Source: Candidatus Undinarchaeales archaeon SRR5007147.bin71
GTDB lineage: Archaea; Undinarchaeota; Undinarchaeia; Undinarchaeales; Undinarchaeaceae
Direction of reading: 5' to 3'
Assembly (NCBI GenBank): GCA_014189675.1
Contig: DVAE01000010.1
Coordinates: 1-54,083 of the forward strand
Length of the DNA stretch: 54,083 nt
Part shown: in pieces, positions 8,534 to 16,718 of the stretch
How the letters are laid out: every line of letters begins with the position of its first letter
How positions within the stretch are numbered: the stretch's first letter is position 1
Position numbers and translations under genes: made by a program
Notes under the pieces: model-generated
The model's database searches: none
Told to the model about the DNA's origin: nothing
What the model saw: the letters and a program-made list of their open reading frames with translations, nothing else

Positions 8534-8908
8534 CTACTCGTAGAGGAGCTCGAATTCAAATCTTGTGTCCTTTTTGATTTTTCCAAGTTTGGCATGTATT
8601 GAGCGACCTTTTCTCTCTAAACGCTCCCCATTCAAAATAACAACGAGTTTCGGATCACTTCCAGGCTCTGAAAACTCGCATTCCTCTCCTTTTGGAATCT
8701 GAAGAGGGTAGTCGGTTTGAGGCTCGCGACTTTTACGGGATTCTGTTTCAAGACGTATGTATTGTTTCTGAGCGCCTGAGGTAACAAGAAATTCTTTGTG
8801 ATCTGGTCTGAAAAAAGCCCTTGCAAAGTCATTGCCAGGAGTAAACACAAAAGTTGCAGTCACTGTTTCCACGGATTCAGGAGGACGCCTTCGGCTCAAA
8901 ATACCCAT
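8534..8908 (-). CDS. Hypothetical protein (124 aa)
   Basis: Clean ORF with no recognisable motif. The alternative same-strand ORF 8632..8850 is shorter. Confidence 0.5.
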   Translation of the reverse strand: MGILSRRRPPESVETVTATFVFTPGNDFARAFFRPDHKEFLVTSGAQKQYIRLETESRKSREPQTDYPLQIPKGEECEFSEPGSDPKLVVILNGERLERKGRSIHAKLGKIKKDTRFEFELLYE

Positions 8909-8950
8909 AACAAAGAATATGTGACTATGATATTTATAGCTTCACACAAA

Positions 8951-8960
8951 GTTTAATAGG
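8951..8960 (+). promoter_or_regulatory. TATA box for tRNA-Ser
   Basis: GTTTAATAGG is centred about 26-30 nt upstream of tRNA position 1. Confidence 0.5.
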
Positions 8961-8986
8961 AGAGAAAGTCAGTACTTTTTAGTTCT

Positions 8987-9070
8987 GCCGCGGTCGCATA
9001 ACCTGGTATTGCGCTGGTCTTGAAAACCAGTTTCCTTTTGGATATGCAGGTTCAAATCCTGCCCGCGGCG
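8987..9070 (+). tRNA. tRNA-Ser (anticodon UGA), type II with a long variable arm
   Basis: GCCGCGG-TC-GCA..TGC-G-CTGGT-CTTGAAA-ACCAG-TTTCCTTTTGGATAT-GCAGG-TTCAAAT-CCTGC-CCGCGGC-G. It has a 3-bp D stem and a variable-arm hairpin TCC/GGA, typical of tRNA-Ser. Confidence 0.85.
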
Positions 9071-9189
9071 CTTGAGTTAGTTCACAAATGACGCGGGGTT
9101 ATTCACGAAGTGAATCTGACCCGCGGCGCTTGAGTTAGTTCACAAATGACGCGGGGTTATTCACGAAGTGAATCTGACCCGCGGCGCTT
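9063..9189 (+). repeat. Perfect 58-bp tandem repeat (2 full copies plus an 11-nt third start); each copy begins with the tRNA-Ser 3' acceptor strand CCGCGGCG
   Basis: 9063-9120 and 9121-9178 are identical (ccgcggcgcttgagttagttcacaaatgacgcggggttattcacgaagtgaatctgac). 9179-9189 repeats ccgcggcgctt. Confidence 0.95.
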
Positions 9190-9240
9190 AGCCCTTTTCC
9201 CCTCATAACTTACATAAACATCTAAGAACAAAAGAAATGC

Positions 9241-10416
9241 GTGGAAAAGAAGCACTACCTTATAATCGGCGCAGGTATAATAGGGAGCTCTATAGCCAGG
9301 GAAATTTCACGAAGAGGACTTGGAAAAGTAACAGTTCTTGAGAAGGAAGGGAATCTTGGGATGCACGCATCCGGAAGAAACAGCGGTGTTGTACACTCAG
9401 GAATTAACCAGAAGCCAGGAAGTATAAAAGCAGAGCTTTGTTTGAAAGGAAATCTACTTCTTAAACAGTTCTGCAGGAAACACAAAGTACGTGTAGAGGA
9501 AGTAGGGACTTTAGTTATTTCAAACTCAGATGAAGATGATAAAATTCTTGAGAAGCTTATGTCGATGGGAAAGAAGGTGGGAGTCCGAGGACTTAAGATA
9601 ATAAACTCTGACGAACTGAAAAAGAGAGAGCCAGAAGTTGTGGGAAGAAAAGCGCTTTTGTCCACGTCAGGAGCAATTGTTGACAGCGTCGGATTTCTTG
9701 AGGCCGTTGTAAAAGACGCTAAGAAACACGGAGCGGAATTCATCATGGACTCAAAAGTAACTGGAATTCGAGGAAACTCTGTGAAAACTAGGAAAGGAGT
9801 TTTTGAAGCAGACCATATAATCAACTGCGCCGGACTTTATTCAGATAAAATAGCACATATGATGGGCTCCGGCAGAGGAATACGGATAGTTCCATTTCGT
9901 GGAGAGTACATGGAAGTAGAAAACCTAGACATACGCTCAATGGTTTACCAGGCTCCAGATCTTAATTTCCCCTTCCTTAAAGTTCATTTAACGAAGACCG
10001 TTGACGGAAAGGTCCTTGCAGGACCGACAGCAACTCTTGCTCTAGGGAGGGAGGCCTACAGGAAGGGGATAAACCCTGGTGAATTTATAGGAATGGCAAG
10101 CTCAGTGAATTTCCTGCGACTCCTCTTTGGGAAAAACTTCCGAAAGCTCGTGGCAGAAAATGCTAAAGTTACAGTCTCCAAGAAGGCATTTCTTAAGGAA
10201 ATACGAAGAATTAGTCCATCTGTCCAGAAAGGAGATTTGAAGAAGCACCCACCAGGAATAAGGGCCCAGCCAGTTAACCGGAAGGGAGAAATAGTAAACG
10301 ATATGCTTGTTGAGTTCACGGATGATGCAACGCACATACTAAATGCTGTTTCACCAGGACTTACCGCAAGCCTTTCCTTTGCTGAGTACGTGGTGGACAG
10401 AATAAAGCGGAAATAA
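9241..10416 (+). CDS. FAD-dependent oxidoreductase, L-2-hydroxyglutarate oxidase/dehydrogenase (LhgO)-like
   Basis: GTG start. Dinucleotide fold IIGAGIIGSSIA...VLEKE...ASGRNSGVVHSGI, typical of the DAO/LhgO family. Confidence 0.8.
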   Translation: MEKKHYLIIGAGIIGSSIAREISRRGLGKVTVLEKEGNLGMHASGRNSGVVHSGINQKPGSIKAELCLKGNLLLKQFCRKHKVRVEEVGTLVISNSDEDDKILEKLMSMGKKVGVRGLKIINSDELKKREPEVVGRKALLSTSGAIVDSVGFLEAVVKDAKKHGAEFIMDSKVTGIRGNSVKTRKGVFEADHIINCAGLYSDKIAHMMGSGRGIRIVPFRGEYMEVENLDIRSMVYQAPDLNFPFLKVHLTKTVDGKVLAGPTATLALGREAYRKGINPGEFIGMASSVNFLRLLFGKNFRKLVAENAKVTVSKKAFLKEIRRISPSVQKGDLKKHPPGIRAQPVNRKGEIVNDMLVEFTDDATHILNAVSPGLTASLSFAEYVVDRIKRK

Positions 10417-10448
10417 GATATAAAAGCAGTGGAGAGCTAAAGAAGGGT

Positions 10449-10592
10449 ATGGAAAATCCACACTATATTTGCACAGGGGGATGCGGAGGAGCTTCAGAAG
10501 AACAGAAAAACTGCGGAGCTGAGGACTGCAAAAATTATGACATGCCCCTTGAAGAGTGCAAGTGCACGGACGGACGACACATACCAGAATAG
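10449..10592 (+). CDS. Cysteine-rich small protein (47 aa, seven Cys), candidate metal-binding peptide
   Basis: Hand translation: MENPHYICTGGCGGASEEQKNCGAEDCKNYDMPLEECKCTDGRHIPE*. The seven cysteines (positions 8, 12, 22, 27, 37, 39 ...) are ordered. It is below the track cutoff and on the same strand as the neighbours. Confidence 0.45.
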   Translation: MENPHYICTGGCGGASEEQKNCGAEDCKNYDMPLEECKCTDGRHIPE

Positions 10593-10633
10593 GCCTGATT
10601 AATTATATATAATGCCTGAACCACCGACTTAAT

Positions 10634-10792
10634 ATGGCAAGCGATCTAGGTCTTACTGGACTTTATGTAACAGCGAACGCCATGTTTATTGAGATACTGA
10701 CGAAGACTGGCTCATGGCTTCTTATTTCAGGACTCGCGATTATTATACTGACAGCGTTTTATATAAAAAGAAAGAGAAAACAGCAAGGATAG
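10634..10792 (+). CDS. Small membrane peptide (52 aa) with a C-terminal TM helix plus KRKRK tail
   Basis: Hand translation: MASDLGLTGLYVTANAMFIEILTKTGSWLLISGLAIIILTAFYIKRKRKQQG*. No clear SD. Confidence 0.35.
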   Translation: MASDLGLTGLYVTANAMFIEILTKTGSWLLISGLAIIILTAFYIKRKRKQQG

Positions 10793-10836
10793 ATATAAAT
10801 AGAAGAGTTTTCACTATTTTTGAGTAGTAAAATACC

Positions 10837-11283
10837 ATGGAATATATAATAAGTCAGATGACAGAAGTTGTAAGATTCAATCTATTTGGCTCTCATTACA
10901 TGATGGAAATGTGGTCGCTTGCAATGATTCTTGGAATATTTACATACCTGCAGACAGTCATTCTTACAGGCTCAGTTCCCATGAGTAGCATGCGAGGAAA
11001 GCTTAAACGGGTTTTTGGTCTTGTAGTAATAAGTCCCATATTTGAAGAAATAATATTCAGAATGGTTCTGATTAGTGCGCTTTACGGGTTTTTCGGAGCG
11101 TGGCTTCCCGCGATACTTGTATCAGCAGTAATGTTTGGAGGAGCTCACACATTCTATGGGAGGACACGTTTTGTTGACTCTACAATAACAGGACTTGTAT
11201 TTGGCTGGGCATTCGTAAGCTTCGGAATATTTGTTCCGATACTTGCTCACGCTACTCACAACGCTTTGGCATCAATAAGATGA
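10837..11283 (+). CDS. CPBP-family (CAAX protease/Abi) intramembrane metalloprotease
   Basis: All three CPBP motifs are present: EEIIFR (EExxxR), FGGAH (FxxxH), HATHN (HxxxN). Confidence 0.8.
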   Translation: MEYIISQMTEVVRFNLFGSHYMMEMWSLAMILGIFTYLQTVILTGSVPMSSMRGKLKRVFGLVVISPIFEEIIFRMVLISALYGFFGAWLPAILVSAVMFGGAHTFYGRTRFVDSTITGLVFGWAFVSFGIFVPILAHATHNALASIR

Positions 11284-11702
11284 TAAAAACAAAACTTTTT
11301 GAATTTATGTATGGAATGGACCTTTGGAGTATTCCAATAGTTCTGGCTTTGCTGGCAACAGCCTTTTCAGTTCCACTGAGAATGTGGATATTCAACGGAA
11401 GAAATTACTACTCCACTTTCAAAGGCAAGTTCAGAGGATTTGTTTTCTACAGCACAATAATGGAAGAGCTTGCACTTAGACTGATAATGCTTCCTATTCT
11501 GGTCGGGATGTTTGGACTCCTTGGAGGAATAAGCGCTCTGACGATTTCTTACATGGCATATTATGCAATAGTGTATGGTCCTGTGTTTGCAGCAGACGCT
11601 CTGGTGATAGGTGTGCTTTTCAGCTATGCTTACATAGATTTTGGACTTCCAGTGGTTATAGCGGCCCATCTATTCTACAAAATGCTTAACGCAACATTCT
11701 GA
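11280..11702 (+). CDS. CPBP-like paralog with degenerate catalytic motifs
   Basis: EELALR (EExxxR) is retained. The FxxxH His is not evident, and the last motif reads AAHLFYKMLN rather than HxxxN. ATGA overlap with the upstream CPBP gene. Confidence 0.6.
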   Translation: MIKTKLFEFMYGMDLWSIPIVLALLATAFSVPLRMWIFNGRNYYSTFKGKFRGFVFYSTIMEELALRLIMLPILVGMFGLLGGISALTISYMAYYAIVYGPVFAADALVIGVLFSYAYIDFGLPVVIAAHLFYKMLNATF

Positions 11703-11714
11703 GGAAAACTTTAA

Positions 11715-12203
11715 ATGCTTGATAACTCACTTAGTAGAGTCATGGCAAGAAAGGAAAACTCTGAAGAAGTGGAAAAAGCAAACGGAGATTTGGTGGAGCT
11801 TGAAGGAATTCACTTTGACAATGTTCTCAGAAGCATTGATTCCCATATAGGAGATGTTTTTGATACAGACAGTCTGCAGAAGCAATTTCTGAGTACCGTC
11901 GAGAGTTTGAAAGAGAAGGAAATAAAAATGAGGGAAATTCTTCTTCTTATGAATGGGGCGAGGAAAACTCTGAATGAAGAGCTCAGCCACCGAGTTAAAA
12001 CTGAACACAGCCTTTCTGAGAATCTCGCTGCATTGAGGCAAGAAAAGGAACGAATGGGGGAGCTACTTCTTTTGCACGAGCAGGAGATATATACCGCACA
12101 GGAAGAGCAGAAAAAACTTGAGAAACTGACTGAAAACCTTTCGCTGGCACTTGTTGATATGCAGAACAAGCTGGCAGAAAATGGTCAGGCTCCTAGAAAG
12201 TAG
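11715..12203 (+). CDS. Coiled-coil hypothetical protein
   Basis: Heptad-like E/K/L-rich sequence with no recognisable catalytic motif. Confidence 0.5.
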   Translation: MLDNSLSRVMARKENSEEVEKANGDLVELEGIHFDNVLRSIDSHIGDVFDTDSLQKQFLSTVESLKEKEIKMREILLLMNGARKTLNEELSHRVKTEHSLSENLAALRQEKERMGELLLLHEQEIYTAQEEQKKLEKLTENLSLALVDMQNKLAENGQAPRK

Positions 12204-12285
12204 ACTTTTATCAGGGCGAACGCGAATATTATAGCGAACAGAACCCCCATAACTATAATAAATTGTAGAAGAACTTTTTTACTCA

Positions 12286-12513
12286 TCAGACTGCAATCAG
12301 TGTTGAAGTGTTTGACACTTCGTCGAGGGCACGAATTTTGTCAAGAATTACGGAATTAAGATCCTCCAGAGTTTCTGCCTGAATTTTAGCGATTATATCA
12401 TAGTCCCCGTAAACAACAGAGACATCAACAACTTCCTCAAGCTTAGACAATTCTCTAATAACAGACCGCTCAGTGCCAGTCTTCGACATTATAAGTATGA
12501 ATGCGTTTACCAT
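12286..12513 (-). CDS. Stand-alone Lrp/AsnC ligand-binding (RAM) domain protein
   Basis: 75 aa: AFILIMSKTGTERSVIRELSKLEEVVDVSVVYGDYDIIAKI...LDEVSNTSTLIA matches the RAM-domain beta-alpha-beta-beta-alpha-beta pattern. Confidence 0.7.
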   Translation of the reverse strand: MVNAFILIMSKTGTERSVIRELSKLEEVVDVSVVYGDYDIIAKIQAETLEDLNSVILDKIRALDEVSNTSTLIAV

Positions 12514-12543
12514 CAGTCCACTTAAGCTAAAACTGGAAGCTTT

Positions 12544-14199
12544 CTATAAATACTTTGTCAGTTTCTCAACTCGTTCCTGACCAAGTGTTTTCAAAAACGA
12601 GGCGAGACGGGGTCCTTTTTCCTTTCCAAGAAGAACCTTGTAGAAGCTTCTGAAAAAAATTCGGGGACTGCTAAGTTCTTTCGCAGTTTCATATATTAGA
12701 GATTCAAGTTCTTTCTCAGATGAGCTGTCAATTTTTGAAACTATGTTGAGTATCGCACTTTTTTCAGCGCTTTCTATTTTCAGACCTTTTTGGAGACTGT
12801 CAAGAAGAGTGAATTTATATTCATCCGGAGCGTAGTGACTAACCCAGCTAGCGGCCATTTCAAGACGTTCTTTTAAATGGTCCAGGCCTTCTTTGCTGAT
12901 TTTCTCAGGAATATATTCTGATTGCGTTAGTTTATCTATTGCAGAATCTATGTCAAAATTACATGCTTGTACTACCATTGATGCATATCCGAAAGGAATT
13001 TGAGGAAGCATTTGCGTAGAGACACCGCCAACATTGGATAGCTCATAAACTCTCTTTTCGTGAGCCTCCTCACGATCATTATCAGCCTTTTCCTCCCCAT
13101 AATAGATGCGCTCACTCTTGTCATAATTTTCTGTTAAGAGAAGTAGCTTGTTTGTTCCGAATGGATCAAAATCAAGAGCTGCATGAGGTCGAGTCCTGAC
13201 AAGAAGATATCTGAGAAGTTTAGGAGGTATTTTTTCGGCTATCTCAGCAAAGCCAACACCTTCGCCCTTAGAGGTGCTCATCTTCTTTCCGCCAATATTG
13301 AAAAATTCGTATGCACTACCTATCTCCTTCCTGCTTGAAGGTATAGGAGGAGCATGGTCAAACACCTCATCGCAGATAGCTATTGCAACTGTTCTTGAGC
13401 CACCCACCGTAAAATGATCCTTTCCAGCAGTCTCAAAGAGAACACCAACAGTCGGCCACTTTGCCGCCCACTCAACTTTCCAAGGGAGCTTACCATTGCC
13501 ATTGTAGGGAGATATCTCACCATCGTGACCGCAGCCCTGGGCCCATTTTACAAGATCTGGAGAACATCTGTACTTCAGCATTTCAGTATCAGGATTCCAC
13601 TCATATGCTACAGTAGTTCCAATTTTTCCACAGTTCTCGCAAATAGGATTGAAGGGTAGCTTATCAGAAGCGACTGTCTTTTTGTATATTCGCTCATAGA
13701 TTGAACGTATTTTCTCATGATTGTCCAGAGCAGTCTTTATTGTTGGATTAAAATCTCCGCGCTCATACCAATTTCCTGTACTTTCCAGCTCGGCCTCAAT
13801 TCCAAATTCTTCGAATTTATCAGTGCACTCTCTGAAATAGTAATCTGCATAACTCTTGTATCCTGATTCAGGAGAAGGAATTTTGTAGAAAGGAACACCC
13901 ATATATTGCTCGTATTTTTTGCTGTCCAGGTCAGCTGGGGGCTTATCCATTGGGTCTATGTCATCAGCGCTCAAGATAAAGCGGCCCTTTACACCAAGGT
14001 CTCTGAGAGCTTTGGCAACAACATCGTGAATTATCCAACCTCTACCTGAACCTATGTGAATATGTCCAGATGGAGTTTTTTCATCAAGACATATGTAGCC
14101 TTTTTTCTTAGCTATTTTCTGCAGAGCTGGCTCTGACTCTGCCCTCTCTATGACTTGCCGCGCATATTTGTCCGCCCAAAACAGGCTGTCTCCGGTCAT
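12544..14199 (-). CDS. lysK: Lysyl-tRNA synthetase, class I
   Basis: HIGSGRG (HIGH-type) and KMSTSKG (KMSKS) motifs. Length and architecture match archaeal class I LysRS. Confidence 0.95.
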   Translation of the reverse strand: MTGDSLFWADKYARQVIERAESEPALQKIAKKKGYICLDEKTPSGHIHIGSGRGWIIHDVVAKALRDLGVKGRFILSADDIDPMDKPPADLDSKKYEQYMGVPFYKIPSPESGYKSYADYYFRECTDKFEEFGIEAELESTGNWYERGDFNPTIKTALDNHEKIRSIYERIYKKTVASDKLPFNPICENCGKIGTTVAYEWNPDTEMLKYRCSPDLVKWAQGCGHDGEISPYNGNGKLPWKVEWAAKWPTVGVLFETAGKDHFTVGGSRTVAIAICDEVFDHAPPIPSSRKEIGSAYEFFNIGGKKMSTSKGEGVGFAEIAEKIPPKLLRYLLVRTRPHAALDFDPFGTNKLLLLTENYDKSERIYYGEEKADNDREEAHEKRVYELSNVGGVSTQMLPQIPFGYASMVVQACNFDIDSAIDKLTQSEYIPEKISKEGLDHLKERLEMAASWVSHYAPDEYKFTLLDSLQKGLKIESAEKSAILNIVSKIDSSSEKELESLIYETAKELSSPRIFFRSFYKVLLGKEKGPRLASFLKTLGQERVEKLTKYL

Positions 14200-14247
14200 G
14201 CACGATATAACAGCAAAGTTATATATAACGACTCCGAACAGGATTGC

Positions 14248-15438
14248 ATGGGTGCAGTTTTTGTTTGGATAATAGTTATTGGTCTTATTCTTGCGGGTCA
14301 GCTCATATTAGGAAGGCATAAGGGAGTATCCATTTATGGACCTCTTGCAGTATATAATACAAAAAGAGGGGTTAAACTGCTTGACAAAATAAGCGGAATT
14401 TCTCACAGATTCTGGAAAGTGTTCGGAAATTTAGGAGTGATTACTGGCTTCTTTTTAATGGCATTAGTTACTTATTCACTTCTTATAAATGCTATACGAA
14501 TTTTTAGGATTCCTGAGGCAGCCCCAGGAGCAGCGCTGGCAATACCAGGAATAACAATACCACTATGGGAGGGAATAATTGGCATTGTGATATTGCTTGT
14601 ATTCCACGAAATGTCTCACGGAGTTCTTGCAAGACTTGAAAAGGTAAAAGTCGAGTCAGTAGGAACACTTTCTTTAGGATTTATTCCAATAGGAGCTTTT
14701 GTAAGACCAAACGAAAAGTCGATAAGAAAAGCCAAACTCAGCTCGCGCATGAGAATATACGCAGCAGGCTCTTTCATGAATGTTACTCTCGCAATTATAC
14801 TTGTATCCCTTCTTGCATTTGTTGTTTTACCATATATGACAGAGCCGGTGGACGGAATAAGACTCCTTGCTGTCGAGGAAGGGAGTCCAGCTGAGCTTGC
14901 TGGGCTCTCAGAAGGCATGATAATACAGGAAATAGAAGACGGAAAAATTCATGATCTTGTGAGCTTTGTCAACACCCTGGACAAGCAGGACCTTTTCCCT
15001 GGAGACGAAGTAATACTTAAAACCGATGATTCAGATTATAAAGTAAGGACAGCGGAGAGGAAGGGCAGGGCATTCATGGGCATCACATTCTGCGGAGCGA
15101 TTCCTGCAGGAGAAATTGTAAAGCTTTTTATTGCATCGCCAATGACCATAAGAATACTTTCCCCGGAATGCTACCCCTCAACATTCCTACCCCAAAGAAC
15201 TATGTGGTTCATAATCTACGCAATTATGTGGACAGCAATATTGAATTTTGGAGTTGGACTGATAAACCTTCTTCCATTCAGGCCGCTAGACGGAGGACTT
15301 ATGTTTTCTGATGCGGTGAGGAGAATTATTAAGAACGAGAAGCTTGCGAGACAAGTTATAATAGTTGTTGGAAGTCTTGTGTTTCTTCTATTGATTTTCA
15401 ACTTCATTGGACCTAAATTACTGGGGATTTTAGCCTAA
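14248..15438 (+). CDS. Site-2 protease family (M50) intramembrane metalloprotease with PDZ domain
   Basis: HEMSHG (HExxH) in a TM helix, PDZ-like GSPAELAGLSEGMII, LPFRPLDGG (NPDG-like) motif. ATG 14248 is preferred because the track start at 14155 overlaps lysK. Confidence 0.8.
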   Translation: MGAVFVWIIVIGLILAGQLILGRHKGVSIYGPLAVYNTKRGVKLLDKISGISHRFWKVFGNLGVITGFFLMALVTYSLLINAIRIFRIPEAAPGAALAIPGITIPLWEGIIGIVILLVFHEMSHGVLARLEKVKVESVGTLSLGFIPIGAFVRPNEKSIRKAKLSSRMRIYAAGSFMNVTLAIILVSLLAFVVLPYMTEPVDGIRLLAVEEGSPAELAGLSEGMIIQEIEDGKIHDLVSFVNTLDKQDLFPGDEVILKTDDSDYKVRTAERKGRAFMGITFCGAIPAGEIVKLFIASPMTIRILSPECYPSTFLPQRTMWFIIYAIMWTAILNFGVGLINLLPFRPLDGGLMFSDAVRRIIKNEKLARQVIIVVGSLVFLLLIFNFIGPKLLGILA

Positions 15439-15476
15439 GTTACTACTCACCAATGATTAAAACCGATAGAGGGTAA

Positions 15477-15485
15477 AGTATTTAA
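15477..15485 (+). promoter_or_regulatory. TATA box for tfe
   Basis: AGTATTTAA is centred about 28-30 nt upstream of ATG 15511, implying a leaderless or near-leaderless mRNA that includes the long N-terminal extension. Confidence 0.5.
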
Positions 15486-15510
15486 CATAATTTGTTCACT
15501 CTCATAGAAC

Positions 15511-16374
15511 ATGGCAAGAGGAATCAAAACTATGAGAACTCGTCTTAAAAAAATTATAAAAACTTCTAAAAAAAAGAAAGCCACTGCCGTAAAATCTTCC
15601 AAAACTCCCAAATCAAGTTCTGTAAAATCTCCAGTTAAAAGGATAAAGGCATCCCCTAGGAAGAAAGCTCCCTCTAAAACTGTGAAAAAACCTTCCTCCA
15701 GAAAAGCCAGAGTTAAAAAAGTTTCAGCAAAAAGAGCAAGTCCAACAAGAAAGATTTCTGTGAAGAAAGTAGCAGCCGGAACATCAAAGAAAACTATAGT
15801 AAGAAAGAAAAAAACAGAAGCAGAGAAAGCGAAAATCAAAGTTCTTGCAAAGAAGAAACTTAAGAAAATTAGGGCAAACAAACCAGATTTCCTAGAGGAT
15901 AGGAAATACAATGAATTCCTTTTATCTGTTGTTGGAGAGGAAGGTATAGAAGTGGCAGAGAACGTCTCACTAGAAGAGATTAGCGACGTAGAGCTTGCAG
16001 AAGGAATGGATTTGAAAGCCAACATAATCAGAAAATATCTTTATGCACTCTACGAAACAGGAGTTGTCACATACAGGAGACACCGATCAAAAACAGGGTG
16101 GTATACTTATTACTGGAAGCTTCATCCAGAAAGAATTGATATGGCTCTGAATGAAATCGCTGGAAAGGATATAAATTACTATGAAAGGGAGCTAAGGCAG
16201 GAAAGGGAAAATCAATTTTTTACATGTAAAAATAGAGAGGAATGTGGTCGTGTAATATTTGACCATGCACTAGAAACAGAGTTTAGATGTAATAAATGCG
16301 AAAAGAAGTTGGAATTTACAGACAATTCAAATATAATTGAGGGTCTCGAAAAAGAACTCGCACGCCTGAAATAG
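15511..16374 (+). CDS. tfe: Transcription factor E (TFE-alpha) with a roughly 130-aa lysine-rich SPKK-like N-terminal extension
   Basis: The C-terminal roughly 155 aa holds a winged helix (IIRKYLYALYETGVVTYRRHRSKTGWYTYYWKL) and a zinc ribbon (FFTCKN..C......RCNKCEKKLE). The N-terminal part is K/S/P/A-rich with TPKS, SPVKR, SPRKK, SPTRK. Confidence 0.85.
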   Translation: MARGIKTMRTRLKKIIKTSKKKKATAVKSSKTPKSSSVKSPVKRIKASPRKKAPSKTVKKPSSRKARVKKVSAKRASPTRKISVKKVAAGTSKKTIVRKKKTEAEKAKIKVLAKKKLKKIRANKPDFLEDRKYNEFLLSVVGEEGIEVAENVSLEEISDVELAEGMDLKANIIRKYLYALYETGVVTYRRHRSKTGWYTYYWKLHPERIDMALNEIAGKDINYYERELRQERENQFFTCKNREECGRVIFDHALETEFRCNKCEKKLEFTDNSNIIEGLEKELARLK

Positions 16375-16442
16375 TAGAACTAACTGATATAGTTAAATTA
16401 ATCTTATATGCCGAAAGGCTGCAAGGCAGTCTGGAGGGAAAC

Positions 16443-16619
16443 ATGACCAACCTACCCGACTACAAAGCCGTCGTAAAGACAGGCGACAAGCGCTGGGATG
16501 AAATTGGAGCAGGATGGAGTAAGGAAGATGGCAACATATCATTACAATTGAAAGTTGCACCTTTGCCAAACGAAGGTAAAGTAAACTTCCTGCTTGTCCC
16601 AAACGCAACAGAGCAGTAA
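16443..16619 (+). CDS. Small conserved-looking protein (58 aa), possibly DUF736-like
   Basis: MTNLPDYKAVVKTGDKRWDEIGAGWSKEDGNISLQLKVAPLPNEGKVNFLLVPNATEQ*, preceded by the strong SD GGAGGGAAAC-ATG. The family assignment is from memory only. Confidence 0.45.
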   Translation: MTNLPDYKAVVKTGDKRWDEIGAGWSKEDGNISLQLKVAPLPNEGKVNFLLVPNATEQ

Positions 16620-16645
16620 GCTCTGTAAGGTTTCAACCACCGCTA

Positions 16646-16669
16646 GGGGCCGCGCTTTTGCGCGGCTCC
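16646..16669 (+). terminator. GC-rich 10-bp hairpin with a UUUU loop
   Basis: GGGGCCGCGC-TTTT-GCGCGGCTCC (one G-U pair), between the small ORF and tRNA-Val. Confidence 0.4.
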
Positions 16670-16686
16670 GTATAGTCATAATCAAA

Positions 16687-16696
16687 CTTATATAAT
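16687..16696 (+). promoter_or_regulatory. TATA box for tRNA-Val
   Basis: CTTATATAAT is centred about 27 nt upstream of tRNA position 1. Confidence 0.55.
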
Positions 16697-16718
16697 ATGC
16701 TAAACATCAATAGCCTCT

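Noticed and set aside
9063-9189. Possible CRISPR array (this repeat, and also the repeats at 1..72 and 51462..51609)
   Set aside because: The repeats are directly tandem with no unique spacers. Two lie in frame inside coding sequence, and no cas genes are present in the window.
12185-12286. 33-aa hydrophobic minus-strand ORF (MSKKVLLQFIIVMGVLFAIIFAFALIKVYFLGA) ATGA-coupled to the RAM-domain gene
   Set aside because: It is plausible as a membrane micro-protein, but it overlaps the 3' end of the convergent coiled-coil gene and has no further support. It is not listed as a feature.
15447-16025. 192-aa minus-strand ORF
   Set aside because: It is antisense to the lysine-rich TFE extension (AAA/AAG codons give F/L-rich open antisense frames), and no motif is present.
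16393-16608. 71-aa minus-strand ORF
   Set aside because: It is Cys/Arg/Leu-rich with no SD. The opposite strand has a 58-aa ORF with a strong SD and globular composition.
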